The notes under the pieces were generated by a model, which was not told the DNA's origin, did not search any database, and saw only the letters and a program-made list of their open reading frames with translations. A DNA stretch of 64,000 nt, taken from assembly GCA_017427885.1 (NCBI GenBank), contig JAFRRW010000013.1:70828-134827 (forward strand), read 5' to 3'. Source of the stretch: Bacteroidales bacterium (GTDB lineage Bacteria; Bacteroidota; Bacteroidia; Bacteroidales; UBA932). Below, piece after piece: positions 19,744 through 29,832 of the stretch. The translations under genes were made by a program, and so were the position numbers. The stretch's first letter is position 1. Each line of letters opens with the position of its first letter.

Positions 19744-21063
19744 TCAGCCTTTCCAGTATTTGTCGATGAACTGCTGCTTGATGCCGGTCTCGGCCTTCGA
19801 GAAGTATTTCGCGAACAGGCCCCAGGCCGTGTCGAGCATGTCTTCAATGGATATGTTGACGTCGATGGCGAGGAGTTTTGTTGCGTAATCCTTCGCATAG
19901 GCGAGGCAGCGGCGGTCGTAGTCGGAGAGGTCGAAGCCATTCTCCAGTTTGGTCTTTGCGTTCTGGGCGTCCGCGTAGAGGCGCACCCCGGCGTTCATCA
20001 CCTGGGAATGGTCCTCGCGGGTCTTCTTGTTCTGGACGTTCTGCTTGAGTCGCGAGAGGGAGCGGAAGGGGTCTATGATGACCTTTCCGGAATCGGGGTC
20101 CGCCCTCAGGAAGAGCTGTCCTTCAGTGATATAGCCGGTGTTGTCGGGAATGGCGTGGGTGATGTCCCCGTCGTTGAGGGTGGTCACCGCTATGATGGTG
20201 ATGGAACCTCCGGTGGGAAGCTGCACGGCCTTCTCGTAGATTTTCGCGAGGTCGGAATAGAGGGAACCGGGCATCGAATCCTTCGAGGGAATCTGGTCCA
20301 TACGGTTGCTCACGATGGACAGGGCGTCGGCGTAGAGCGTCATGTCCGTGAGGAGGACGAGGACCTTCTGGTTCCTGTCAACTGCGAAATACTCCGCCGC
20401 CGTCAGGGCCATGTCGGGAATGAGGAGCCTCTCGACGGTAGGGTCTTCCGTGGTGTTGACGAAGGAGATGATCTTGTCGAGGGCTCCGGCGTCTTCGAAG
20501 GAATGGCGGAAGAAGAGATAGTCATCGTTGGAGAGGCCCATACCTCCGAGGATGATCTTGTCGACGTCGGCGCGCATCGCCACGTCGGCCATCACCTGGT
20601 TGTAAGGCTGGTCGGGGTCGGCGAAGAATGGAATCTTCTGGCCGGACACGATGGTGTTGTTGAGGTCAATGCCCGCGATGCCGGTAGGAATCAGCTGAGA
20701 GGGCTGGCGGCGCTTGTAGGGGTTGACGGAAGGTCCTCCGATCTCCCTCTCTTCGCCTTCTACCTCGGGACCTCCGTCGATAGGATGGCCGTACGCATTG
20801 AAGAAGCGTCCTGCAAGGGAGTCGCTGACCTTGAGGGTAGGGGGAACCCCCATGAACATCACTTCTGCGTTCGTGGGGATGCCTTCGGTCCCCGAGAAAA
20901 CCTGGAGGGTGACGACGTCGCCCTTGGTGCGGACAACCTGTGCAAGGCGTCCGGCCACGATGGCGAGTTCGTCGTTGGAAACCCCCGTAGCCCTGAGGGA
21001 TACGGTCGCCTTGGTAATGGATTCCAGGCGGGTGTATATTCGTTGGTATGCCTTATTTGCCAT
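19744..21063 (-). CDS. ntpB: V-type ATPase subunit B
   Basis: Start MANKAYQRIY, GQKIPFF and PDNTGYITEGQ. Confidence 0.93.
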   Translation of the reverse strand: MANKAYQRIYTRLESITKATVSLRATGVSNDELAIVAGRLAQVVRTKGDVVTLQVFSGTEGIPTNAEVMFMGVPPTLKVSDSLAGRFFNAYGHPIDGGPEVEGEEREIGGPSVNPYKRRQPSQLIPTGIAGIDLNNTIVSGQKIPFFADPDQPYNQVMADVAMRADVDKIILGGMGLSNDDYLFFRHSFEDAGALDKIISFVNTTEDPTVERLLIPDMALTAAEYFAVDRNQKVLVLLTDMTLYADALSIVSNRMDQIPSKDSMPGSLYSDLAKIYEKAVQLPTGGSITIIAVTTLNDGDITHAIPDNTGYITEGQLFLRADPDSGKVIIDPFRSLSRLKQNVQNKKTREDHSQVMNAGVRLYADAQNAKTKLENGFDLSDYDRRCLAYAKDYATKLLAIDVNISIEDMLDTAWGLFAKYFSKAETGIKQQFIDKYWKG

Positions 21064-22807
21064 TTTCCTCGAGAAGTTTGTCAAGTTGGTGGTTGAACTT
21101 ATTGAAGGCGTCGCCCTTGAATTCGGAATAGTTCATCTGGCGTATCACGTTGATGATTTCCTTGAAGTAGTCGCGGCATTCCTCGAAATCATCGAACCCG
21201 AAGGGGCGCTCGCAGATATCGAGGACCAGGTCCAGCATATATTTCTGCCTGTCCCAGGGGGTAAGGCAGTCGACCGGGTCGAAACCGTCCTGCTGGAGGA
21301 AGGTATAGTCGATAAGTTCGGACTTCCAGAAAGTCTCGTGGTAGCTGACGGGCACGCCGTCGTCTCCGAGGATGTTGATCTGGTCGCTGGCGTCCTTTCC
21401 CTGGCGGAGGAGGTTCTTGACCCTGGCCACCTTCTCGACCCACCCTTCTTCCACGTTCTCGTCGAGCCATTTGCGGATTTCTGGATATTCCAGGTATTTG
21501 GAATAGGAATCCATTGGGCTGATGGCAGGATACCTCTTCTGGTCGGCCCTGTGCTGTTCGAGGGCGTAGAAGCAGCGGGCGGCCTTCTTGGTGGATTCGG
21601 TCACAGGTTCCTTCAGGTTTCCTCCGGCGGGGGACACCGTTCCGATGAAGGTCACGGCGCCCCTCTGACCGTTGTTGAGGACGACCATTCCGGCACGGGC
21701 GTAGAAACTGGAAATGATGGAAGATATGTCAACGGGGAAGGCGTCTGCTCCGGGGAGTTCCTCCATTCGGTTGGACATTTCCCTCAGGGCTTGGGCCCAA
21801 CGGGAGGTGGAGTCTGCGAGAAGGAGGCACTTCAGACCCATCGCCCGGTAATACTCGCATATGGTCATTGCCGTATAGACCGAAGCCTCTCGGGCGGCCA
21901 CTGGCATATTGGAGGTGTTGCAGATGATGGTGGTCCGCTCCATCAGTTTCCTGCCGGTGTGGGGGTCGATCAGTTCGGGGAATTCCGTGAAGATCTCCAC
22001 CACCTCGTTGGCTCGTTCACCGCAGGCGGCCATCACGATGACGTCGGCGTCTCCCTGGCGGGCGATGGCGTGCTGGAGCACGGTCTTGCCGCAGCCGAAG
22101 GGACCGGGGATGAAGCCCGTGCCTCCCTCCGCTATGGGGTTGAGGGTGTCGATGGTCCTGACGCCGGTTTCCATCACCTTCTCGGGCCTGGGCTTTTCGC
22201 GGTAGTTCCTCACGGCTACCTTAACCGGCCATTTCTGCGTCATGGTGATATTAATCTCCTCTCCGGCGGAATCCGTGACCACGGCTATGGTCTCGTCGAT
22301 GTTGTACTTTCCTGCCGGGGCCACGCTCTTGACGGTATATTCCTCTTTCATTGAGAAGGGAACCATTATCTTGTGGGGCAGCCAGCCTTCGGTGACCTCT
22401 CCGAGCCAGTCGGCACCCGTGACTTTCTGTCCGGGTTCGGCCAGTGGAGTGAAGTCCCATAGCTTCCCGTGGTCGAGGGGGGAGGTGTACTCTCCTCTCT
22501 TGAGGAAGACTCCCTCCATCGTGGTAAGGTTGTTCTGGAGGCCGTCGTACACGCTGGACAGCAGGCCGGGACCGAGGGTGGCTTCGAGCATTTTCCCCTC
22601 GAATTCCACCATGGCGCCGTTGGCCAGGCCGCGGGTGCTCTCATACACTTGAACCGAGGCCCTGTTTCCGTTAACCTTGATGACCTCCGACATCAGGCGG
22701 GTGCCGTCAAGATCGATGTAGCAGATCTCGTTCTCCGACACCGGACCCTGAGTCTCGACCGTGACGAGGTTGGACACTATGCCGGTCACCTTTCCTGTGG
22801 TTTTCAT
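21053..22807 (-). CDS. ntpA: V-type ATPase subunit A
   Basis: GPFGCGKT, CGERANE, NTSNMPVAARE and DSTSRWAQALRE. Confidence 0.95.
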   Translation of the reverse strand: MKTTGKVTGIVSNLVTVETQGPVSENEICYIDLDGTRLMSEVIKVNGNRASVQVYESTRGLANGAMVEFEGKMLEATLGPGLLSSVYDGLQNNLTTMEGVFLKRGEYTSPLDHGKLWDFTPLAEPGQKVTGADWLGEVTEGWLPHKIMVPFSMKEEYTVKSVAPAGKYNIDETIAVVTDSAGEEINITMTQKWPVKVAVRNYREKPRPEKVMETGVRTIDTLNPIAEGGTGFIPGPFGCGKTVLQHAIARQGDADVIVMAACGERANEVVEIFTEFPELIDPHTGRKLMERTTIICNTSNMPVAAREASVYTAMTICEYYRAMGLKCLLLADSTSRWAQALREMSNRMEELPGADAFPVDISSIISSFYARAGMVVLNNGQRGAVTFIGTVSPAGGNLKEPVTESTKKAARCFYALEQHRADQKRYPAISPMDSYSKYLEYPEIRKWLDENVEEGWVEKVARVKNLLRQGKDASDQINILGDDGVPVSYHETFWKSELIDYTFLQQDGFDPVDCLTPWDRQKYMLDLVLDICERPFGFDDFEECRDYFKEIINVIRQMNYSEFKGDAFNKFNHQLDKLLEENGK

Positions 22808-23424
22808 AATATGGTGTCTGTTTGATTGTCTGGTTTGTAATTGACTCCCTTGAAGGTTCCCCTCACCTCGTCCACAAGGTTCTGGAACATCTCCCTTCCC
22901 GTTTCATCGTCCAGCACCATCCATCTCCTGATGATGTTCATCTTCGCCAGGAAGGCGAGGACGGCGTCGATGTCAAAGTAGCTGAACGTGGTCAGCGAGG
23001 CGATTTTCCCCCAGAGGAGGTCGTCGAGGGCTTTTTCCCGGCCCAGGATGTCGTCCGTACCGAGGGCTCCGGCGATTTCAGCCACGTCCTCGGGCCTGGG
23101 CTCCGGTCCGGCCACCACGTCCTGTCCTTCGGGACGGCCGAGGGCCTTGTTGAGCCAGCGGACCTTCTCGTTCCTCATCGTGAGGTCGTAGGAGAAAAAT
23201 CCCTTCAGGAAACCGTTCCCGGAAGAGAGGGCCTTGCGGTAGAACTCCTCATCGAGGGATTCTCCGTCGAAACCCGCTTCGAGAATGTCGATCAATGCGT
23301 TGTCTCGGTCGGAGCACTGGCTCCTGATCCATCCCACGAGGCCTTCGGGGTCGGGGCCGCCTTTCTCCCTCATATCTGTGGTGAGTACGGGGAGCGAGGC
23401 GACTATATATTCGTAATTGTTCAT
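22804..23424 (-). CDS. DUF2764 protein (V-ATPase subunit C-like)
   Basis: YEYIVASLP start and F..DAVLAF...RW..LD..G motif. Lies between subunits E and A. Confidence 0.8.
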   Translation of the reverse strand: MNNYEYIVASLPVLTTDMREKGGPDPEGLVGWIRSQCSDRDNALIDILEAGFDGESLDEEFYRKALSSGNGFLKGFFSYDLTMRNEKVRWLNKALGRPEGQDVVAGPEPRPEDVAEIAGALGTDDILGREKALDDLLWGKIASLTTFSYFDIDAVLAFLAKMNIIRRWMVLDDETGREMFQNLVDEVRGTFKGVNYKPDNQTDTIL

Positions 23425-24033
23425 TTATTCGCCGAAGAGGAACTTTTTTGTTGCAGGCCTTAGGTAATTTCCTATGAGCGACTTGAACGTTTCTTCGGTG
23501 AGGCTTATGAACCAGCTTCCGTCCTTGGGGCCTATGGAGAACCCGCCAGGGGTCTTCCTTGAGAATTCGGCGGAAACCCCCTTGCCAAGGGCCTTCGAGA
23601 GCTCTCCTGCGACGAAGGGCTCCAGTTCCTTCTTCATCGATTCGGGAAGGATGAGGGAAAGGTCGCATTGCTGGGTGGCGTCGAACTTCTCGGCCACGGC
23701 CGTTATGATGCGCTTGATGTAGTCCGGATCGGAAAGGGCCTTGCCCACTCCCTCGCCGGCCATCTTGCCCACCAGCAGGTTCTCGATGTCGTTCCTGGTG
23801 GCCTGCAGGGCCTGCTCGGAAGCCATCTTGAGGTCGCTGTGAACCTTTGCCGTGAAATCATCCGCATCCTTGCGGGCCTTTCCTGTGATTGCGAGGGCCT
23901 CTTCCCTGGCGCGGTCTATTATCTTCCCAGCCTCTTCGTTGGCCTTGGCCAGGATAGCTTCTCCCTCGGCCTTGCCCTTTGACAAACCCTCCTTATAGAG
24001 CTTGTCGGTAAGTTCCTGAAGTTTGTCTTGCAT
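23425..24033 (-). CDS. ntpE: V-type ATPase subunit E
   Basis: MQDKLQELTDKLYKEG coiled coil and GGFSIGPKDG...YLRP. Confidence 0.85.
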   Translation of the reverse strand: MQDKLQELTDKLYKEGLSKGKAEGEAILAKANEEAGKIIDRAREEALAITGKARKDADDFTAKVHSDLKMASEQALQATRNDIENLLVGKMAGEGVGKALSDPDYIKRIITAVAEKFDATQQCDLSLILPESMKKELEPFVAGELSKALGKGVSAEFSRKTPGGFSIGPKDGSWFISLTEETFKSLIGNYLRPATKKFLFGE

Positions 24034-24073
24034 TATCAGTCAGTGTTATGCTTGTTTCTTGTCTATGTGTATC

Positions 24074-25216
24074 CTAACCAAGGAAGCCCAGCAGGATACC
24101 GGCGGCCACGGCCGAGCCGATGACTCCCGCCACGTTCGGTCCCATCGCGTGCATCAGCAGGTGGTTGTTGGGATCGAATTCCTTGCCCACGTTCTCGCTC
24201 ACCCTGGCGCTGTCGGGGACGGCGGACACTCCGGAGTTTCCGATAAGCGGATTGATCTTCCTGCCTTCCTTGAGGAACAGGTTGAACAACTTGACGAAGA
24301 GCACTCCGCAGGTGGTTGCGATCACGAAGGAGACCAGTCCTAGGACGAATATCTTGAGTGAATTGCCGGTGAGGAACTTGTCGGCTTGGGTGGAGCAGCC
24401 CACGGTGAGGCCGATCATAGTGGTGACGATGTCTATGAGGGCGTTGCTGGCGGTGTTGGCCAGGCGCTTGGTCACTCCGCTCTCCTTCAGAAGGTTGCCG
24501 AAGAACAGCATTCCCAGCAGCGGAAGTCCCGAAGGCACTATGAAAGCGGTGATGAGGAAACCGACGATGGGGAAGATGATCTTTTCCTTCTGGCTGACCT
24601 GGCGGGGCTTGGGCATACGGATGAGCCTCTCCTTCTTGGTGGTGAGGGCTATCATTATGGGTCTCTGAATGACCGGTACAAGGGCCATGTAGGAATATGC
24701 CGACACGGCGATGGCTCCCATAAGGTCAGGTGCGAGCTTGGAGGAAAGGAAGATGGCGGTAGGGCCGTCTGCACCTCCGATGATGCCAATGGCTCCCGCC
24801 TCGTTGGGCGCGAACCCCAGGGCGAGGGAGAGGAGATAGGCCCCGAAGATTCCCGTCTGTGCCGCGGCTCCGATCAGGATCAGCCGCGGTTGGGATATAA
24901 GGGCCGAGAAGTCGGTCATCGCCCCGATTCCAAGGAAGATCAGGGGAGGATACCAGCCCTGCCTCACGCCCTGATAGAGGGTGTTGAGCACGGAGCCGTC
25001 CTCGTAAATGCCGATATTGAGGCCGGGGAACATGGGGATGTTCCCGATGATCATTCCGAATCCGATGGGGACCAGCAGTAGGGGCTCCCATTCCTTTAGG
25101 ATGGCCACGGTGATGAAGGCGATGCCTATCGCGATCATCACCAGGTTCTGCCAGGAACAGTTGTAGAAGCCGGTGAATTCCCAAAATTGGCGGAGGCTGT
25201 CGAGTATCTGTTCCAT
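24074..25216 (-). CDS. Na+-translocating decarboxylase beta subunit (MmdB/OadB)
   Basis: EPLLLVPIGFG, IGIIGGADGPTAI, AYSYMALVP and HAMGPNVAGVIGS. Confidence 0.93.
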   Translation of the reverse strand: MEQILDSLRQFWEFTGFYNCSWQNLVMIAIGIAFITVAILKEWEPLLLVPIGFGMIIGNIPMFPGLNIGIYEDGSVLNTLYQGVRQGWYPPLIFLGIGAMTDFSALISQPRLILIGAAAQTGIFGAYLLSLALGFAPNEAGAIGIIGGADGPTAIFLSSKLAPDLMGAIAVSAYSYMALVPVIQRPIMIALTTKKERLIRMPKPRQVSQKEKIIFPIVGFLITAFIVPSGLPLLGMLFFGNLLKESGVTKRLANTASNALIDIVTTMIGLTVGCSTQADKFLTGNSLKIFVLGLVSFVIATTCGVLFVKLFNLFLKEGRKINPLIGNSGVSAVPDSARVSENVGKEFDPNNHLLMHAMGPNVAGVIGSAVAAGILLGFLG

Positions 25217-25224
25217 CCCGCCTG

Positions 25225-25659
25225 TTATGCGATGGTTACGATCTTGGCTCCCTCTAGGACGCTGTCACCCTTGGAGATGTGGATGGCGGTGACGGTGCCC
25301 GCGATGTCGGCGACTATGTCATTCTCCATCTTCATGGCCTCGATGACGGCCACCTTGTCGCCTGCATTCACGCTCTGGCCTTCCTTGACGGACACTTCGA
25401 CGATTACTCCCGGAAGGGGAGAGATGACGGCCTTGCCTGCTCCGGCGGGTTTAGCCGCAGGGGCGGGAGCGGGTGCAGGAGCTGCGGCAGGTGCCGCTGC
25501 CGCAACGGGAGCGGCTGCAGGAACTGCCTGTGCGGGGGCGTCTTCCATCTCCACCTTGTAAGGAGTCCCGTTGACGCTTACGTCGGCGATGTTCCCGTTC
25601 ACGCCGGAAATGACCACCTCATAATCTTTCCCGTTAATCTTGTATTTGTACGCTTTCAT
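25225..25659 (-). CDS. Biotin carboxyl carrier subunit (MmdC)
   Basis: Ala/Pro linker and EAMKM biotinylation motif. Confidence 0.93.
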   Translation of the reverse strand: MKAYKYKINGKDYEVVISGVNGNIADVSVNGTPYKVEMEDAPAQAVPAAAPVAAAAPAAAPAPAPAPAAKPAGAGKAVISPLPGVIVEVSVKEGQSVNAGDKVAVIEAMKMENDIVADIAGTVTAIHISKGDSVLEGAKIVTIA

Positions 25660-25687
25660 ATTTTGATGATATTTATTATCGATTGAA

Positions 25688-26587
25688 TTATCTGGGAGAC
25701 CTCCTGAATCCCAGGGATTTCTGAGCCCATTGGGATGTGGCGGAAGGATTTATGGTAATGATGAAACTCTCGTTGTCGTGCACTGTGTCGTTAAGGAACT
25801 CGTGTAGGGCCATCGATATGGCGGCGACGGGCTCGGAGCCGAATTCGGCCTCGAGAGCCATTGAGATGGCGGCCGCAACTTCAGGGGTGAGGCCCTTCGC
25901 TCTGGAAGGTTTGGGAGTCTTGTCCTTCTTCCTGAAAAGCATCGAGAATAGCCACCACAGAAGCATAAGGGCCAGGAATACGACGGAAACTGCGACCATC
26001 GTGAGTATCCAGCCGTGGGGGTCTTCCCTTCCCATCCTGTGGGCTCCAGTCTCCCGGCTGCCTCCGGCGTTGTAACTTCCCGGAGTAGGAGAGGATACCC
26101 TTATCTCATCGAAGATGCGGGCCTTGTTGTCGTGGGCGAACTTGGCTGCGGACATGCTCACGGGGATGTCGGAAGGGACCTGGAGGGAATCCACGATGGT
26201 GCGGCCGTCGTTGCTGACGAGATAGACCGTCGAGCCGGGGCGGACGATGAAACTGGTGTAGTAAGTGCCGTTGTCGTTGTGTCCGCCCGTATAGAAGACG
26301 ACGCTTTGGCGGGGGCCAAGCCTTGTGGAACGGTCCAGGGTGGAAATCGGGCTCTTCTGGAGGTCGGATCTGTCGTCGGTGAGGAAGCAGCCGCCGAAGT
26401 TGACGGTGCCCTGCGAGGCGTTGAACAGTTCGATCCAGCCCGTCTTCGCACCGTAGCCATCGATCAGGGACGTGCTGTCGGGCACCGGCATCACTTCCGA
26501 GACGATGAGGTCGGAGACGTTCTGGGCACCTGCCGAAAGGCTCAGTGCCAGGACTGCCGCAACGATTATCTTTTTCCTGATGTCCAT
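25688..26587 (-). CDS. OadG/MmdD-family decarboxylase anchor subunit with N-terminal lamin-tail-like domain
   Basis: Signal peptide, VSEVM..WIELFN...GCFLTDD domain, TM helix (MVAVSVVFLALMLL) and AAISMAL..HD.ES tail. Confidence 0.75.
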   Translation of the reverse strand: MDIRKKIIVAAVLALSLSAGAQNVSDLIVSEVMPVPDSTSLIDGYGAKTGWIELFNASQGTVNFGGCFLTDDRSDLQKSPISTLDRSTRLGPRQSVVFYTGGHNDNGTYYTSFIVRPGSTVYLVSNDGRTIVDSLQVPSDIPVSMSAAKFAHDNKARIFDEIRVSSPTPGSYNAGGSRETGAHRMGREDPHGWILTMVAVSVVFLALMLLWWLFSMLFRKKDKTPKPSRAKGLTPEVAAAISMALEAEFGSEPVAAISMALHEFLNDTVHDNESFIITINPSATSQWAQKSLGFRRSPR

Positions 26588-26591
26588 AGCT

Positions 26592-28154
26592 CTACAGGGG
26601 AAGGTTGTCGTGCTTCTTGGCGGGGAGTTCCTGTTTCTTCCCGGAAAGTTCCTCGAGGGCGCGGATTACGCGGAAACGGGTGTTGCGCGGTTCGATGACG
26701 TCGTCGATGTAACCCTTCTGGGCGGCCTGGTAGGGGTTGCTGAAGAGTTCCTCGTACTCGGCCTTCTTGCCCGCCCGGAGTTCTTCCTTGGCCTCGGGAT
26801 CCTCGATGGCGTTGATGTCCTTTGCATAGAGCACGTTCACCGCTCCGGCCGAACCCATCACCGCAATCTCGGCGGATGGCCAGGCGTAATTGATGTCCCC
26901 GCGGAGCTGCTTGCAGCTCATCACGATATGGGCGCCTCCGTAGGCCTTCCTGAGGGTTACCGTCACCTTGGGGACGGTGGCTTCGCCGTAAGCGTAGAGC
27001 AGTTTGGCGCCGTTGGTGATCACGGCCCCATATTCCTGCTGGGTGCCGGGAAGGAAGCCAGGGACATCCACGAGCGTGACCAGGGGGATGTTGAAGGCGT
27101 CGCAGAAACGGACGAACCTCGCACCCTTGCGGGATGCATTGATGTCAAGGGACCCGGCGAGGACTCCAGGCTGGTTCGCCACGATGCCCACGCTCCGTCC
27201 GTTCATCCGGGCGAAACCTACTATGATATTCTTCGCGAATTCCTTGTGGATCTCGAAGAAAACCCCGTCGTCCACGATTCCGGAGATGACCCGGTACATG
27301 TCGTAGGGTTTGTTGGGATTGTCCGGGATTATCTCGTTGAGGAGGTCGTCAACCCGGGATAGGGGATCGGCCGTGGCCGTCCTGGGGGCTTCTTCCGCAT
27401 TGTTCTGGGGAAGGTAACTCAGGAGTTCCCTGATGATCCTTATGCCGTCCTCTTCGTTCTCTGCTGCGAAATCCGCAACTCCGCTCTTGGAGGAGTGGAC
27501 CCGGGCGCCTCCGAGTTCCTCCTGGCTGACATCCTCTCCGAGGACGCTCTTCACCACGGCCGGGCCGGTGAGGAACATATATGACGTATCCTTCACCATT
27601 ACCGTGAAATCGGTGAGGGCGGGGGAGTAGACCGCTCCGCCGGCGCAGGGACCGAATATTCCGCTGATCTGGGGGACGACGCCGGAATAGAGGATGTTGC
27701 GCTCGAAGATCTCGCCGTATCCGGCAAGGGAATCGATGCCTTCCTGGATCCTGGCCCCTCCGGAATCGTTAAGCCCGATGCACGGGGCGCCGTTCCTGGC
27801 CGCCATGTCCATCACCTTGCAGATCTTCTCCGACATCGTCTTGGAAAGGGAGCCTCCGGACACGGTGAAATCCTGTGCATATACATACACGAGCCTCCCT
27901 GAGATGGTGCCGCAGCCGGTCACCACCCCGTCCCCGTCGGGATGGGAGGCGTCCATGCCGAAATTGGTGCACCTATGGTGCATGAACATGTCGTATTCTT
28001 CGAAACTGCCTTCGTCCAGAAGGAGGGAAAGCCTTTCGCGCGCCGTCAGCTTGCCCTTGGCGTGCTGGGCGTCGATTCTTTTCTGTCCTCCGCCCAGACG
28101 GGCCTTGGAACGTCTTTCCACAAGTTTCCGGATGTTGTCCTGCTGTATACTCAT
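26592..28154 (-). CDS. mmdA: Methylmalonyl-CoA decarboxylase alpha / acyl-CoA carboxyltransferase subunit
   Basis: Start MSIQQ (28154), [26 protein letters not shown] and KKHDNLPL. Confidence 0.88.
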   Translation of the reverse strand: MSIQQDNIRKLVERRSKARLGGGQKRIDAQHAKGKLTARERLSLLLDEGSFEEYDMFMHHRCTNFGMDASHPDGDGVVTGCGTISGRLVYVYAQDFTVSGGSLSKTMSEKICKVMDMAARNGAPCIGLNDSGGARIQEGIDSLAGYGEIFERNILYSGVVPQISGIFGPCAGGAVYSPALTDFTVMVKDTSYMFLTGPAVVKSVLGEDVSQEELGGARVHSSKSGVADFAAENEEDGIRIIRELLSYLPQNNAEEAPRTATADPLSRVDDLLNEIIPDNPNKPYDMYRVISGIVDDGVFFEIHKEFAKNIIVGFARMNGRSVGIVANQPGVLAGSLDINASRKGARFVRFCDAFNIPLVTLVDVPGFLPGTQQEYGAVITNGAKLLYAYGEATVPKVTVTLRKAYGGAHIVMSCKQLRGDINYAWPSAEIAVMGSAGAVNVLYAKDINAIEDPEAKEELRAGKKAEYEELFSNPYQAAQKGYIDDVIEPRNTRFRVIRALEELSGKKQELPAKKHDNLPL

Positions 28155-28173
28155 ATTGATATTCTTTATCATA

Positions 28174-28181
28174 CAAATATA
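28174..28181 (-). promoter_or_regulatory. -7 promoter box of the decarboxylase/V-ATPase operon
   Basis: TATATTTG on the minus strand, 20 bp upstream of the mmdA ATG. Confidence 0.6.
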
Positions 28182-28206
28182 TATAAATATTACACAAATA
28201 GCAATC

Positions 28207-28240
28207 AAAAAAACGGCCGGAGCGATAAAACTCCGGCCGT
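28207..28240 (-). terminator. Intrinsic terminator of yebC
   Basis: ACGGCCGGAG / CTCCGGCCGT 10-bp stem + U-run. Confidence 0.8.
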
Positions 28241-28268
28241 ACAGCAACTTTTAAGGATTTAAAGCCTT

Positions 28269-29027
28269 TTATTCCTCTGCGGGCTTCATGTTGGTGTAGA
28301 CGTTCGTGACGTCTTCGTCGTCTTCAAGAAGGTCGGTGAGCTTGTTGAGGGTCTCCCTCTGCTCGGGGGTGACATCCTTGAGGTCGGTGTTGGGAATCCT
28401 CTCGAAACCTCCGGAAGCCAGGTCGAAGCCGTTGTCTTCGATGTACTTCTGGATGGTGCCGTAGGACTCGTAGCTACCGTAGATGACGATGTTCCTGGTC
28501 TCGTTGTCGTCCTCGTCCACCTCGGTCTCCTCGAAGACCTCCTCGGCTCCGTAGTCGATGAGGTCAAGCTCGAGGCTCTCGATGTCGATGGGGTTGGCGG
28601 GGTCCTCCTTGATGCGGAACACGCACTTGTGGTCGAACATGAAGGAGACGCTGCCGCTGGTGCCGAGGCTGCCTCCCATCTTGGTGAAATAGCTGCGGAC
28701 GTTGGCGACGGTGCGGGTGGTGTTGTCGGTGGCCGTCTCCACGAGATAGGCGATGCCGAAAGGCCCGAAGCCTTCATAGGTCACTTCCTTGAAATCGCCC
28801 TGCTTGCTCTCGGTGGCCTTCTTGATGGCCCTCTCGACATTCTCCTTGGGCATGTTCTCGCTCCTGGCTTCGGCCACGAGGGCGCGGAGCCTGGGGTTGC
28901 CAACAACGTCGGGACCTCCCTGCTTGACGGCTATGGTGATTTCCTTGCCGATTCTGGTGAAGGTCTTGGCCATATGGCCCCAACGCTTGAACTTCCTTTC
29001 CTTGCGGAATTCAAATGCTCTTCCCAT
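28269..29027 (-). CDS. yebC: YebC/PmpR family protein
   Basis: MGRAFEFRK, NMPKENVERAI, YEGFGP and TDNTTRT. Confidence 0.93.
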   Translation of the reverse strand: MGRAFEFRKERKFKRWGHMAKTFTRIGKEITIAVKQGGPDVVGNPRLRALVAEARSENMPKENVERAIKKATESKQGDFKEVTYEGFGPFGIAYLVETATDNTTRTVANVRSYFTKMGGSLGTSGSVSFMFDHKCVFRIKEDPANPIDIESLELDLIDYGAEEVFEETEVDEDDNETRNIVIYGSYESYGTIQKYIEDNGFDLASGGFERIPNTDLKDVTPEQRETLNKLTDLLEDDEDVTNVYTNMKPAEE

Positions 29028-29035
29028 AGCGGTTC

Positions 29036-29722
29036 TTATTTGGACTGGCTCTCGATCCTGGAGATGTACTTGTCGATGTCGTATCCTTCCTTGGACTGGG
29101 GATACTTGTCCTTGATCTTCTTGTAGAATTCCAGGGCGCGGGCGTTGTCGCCGAGTTCCTCGCAGACCACTCCGGCCTTGAGGAGGTAGGATGCGGCGTA
29201 CATGTCGTCAACCCTCGCGGCGGCCTTCTCGTAATAGCCGAGGGCGGTCTTATAGTCCTCGAGTGCGCTGTAGGCGTCACCCGTGCAGGCGAGGGCCCTT
29301 GCGGCGAGGATGCCGTCCTTGCCATTGTATTTCTTGAGATAGGCGATGGCCTGCTCGTAGTTGCCGAGGTTCAGCTCGCAGATGCCTGCGTAGAGATACA
29401 CGGCCTTGCCGGCCTTGGAGCCGTAGTCTTCGATGACCTGGGAGAAACCGAGGACGTTGCCGTCACCGTTGAGGGCGAGGTCGTATTCGCCGCTGCGGAA
29501 ACTGGTTTCGGCAGGATAGGTCTGCTCCATAGCCTCGGCCTTCTTGGGCTGGAGATAGAACTTGGCGTATGCGAGGATGCCGAGGCCTATGATGAGGATG
29601 GCCAGGAGGCAGCCCCAGATGATGTTGCCGTACTTGTTGAAAAACTCTTCCGTCTTGGAAACCTGCTCGATCACCTTCTCCTGGCGGATCTCAGCCTGTT
29701 TCCTGTTGTCAATCTTTGCCAT
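29036..29722 (-). CDS. Membrane-anchored tetratricopeptide repeat protein (YfgM-like)
   Basis: N-terminal TM helix and TPR helices. Divergent from recF as is usual in Bacteroidetes. Confidence 0.8.
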   Translation of the reverse strand: MAKIDNRKQAEIRQEKVIEQVSKTEEFFNKYGNIIWGCLLAILIIGLGILAYAKFYLQPKKAEAMEQTYPAETSFRSGEYDLALNGDGNVLGFSQVIEDYGSKAGKAVYLYAGICELNLGNYEQAIAYLKKYNGKDGILAARALACTGDAYSALEDYKTALGYYEKAAARVDDMYAASYLLKAGVVCEELGDNARALEFYKKIKDKYPQSKEGYDIDKYISRIESQSK

Positions 29723-29832
29723 ATATGCAGTTGTTTTTTATATATTTCCGATAAGGACGGCAAAAATAAAAAAAAACATTCAATGCGGCAATAATTTGTT
29801 TATATTTGTATCTGACTAACCGACATTGAGAG

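Noticed and set aside
25440-25540. GC-rich quasi-repeats in the biotin carrier gene
   Set aside because: Ordinary Ala/Pro linker codons
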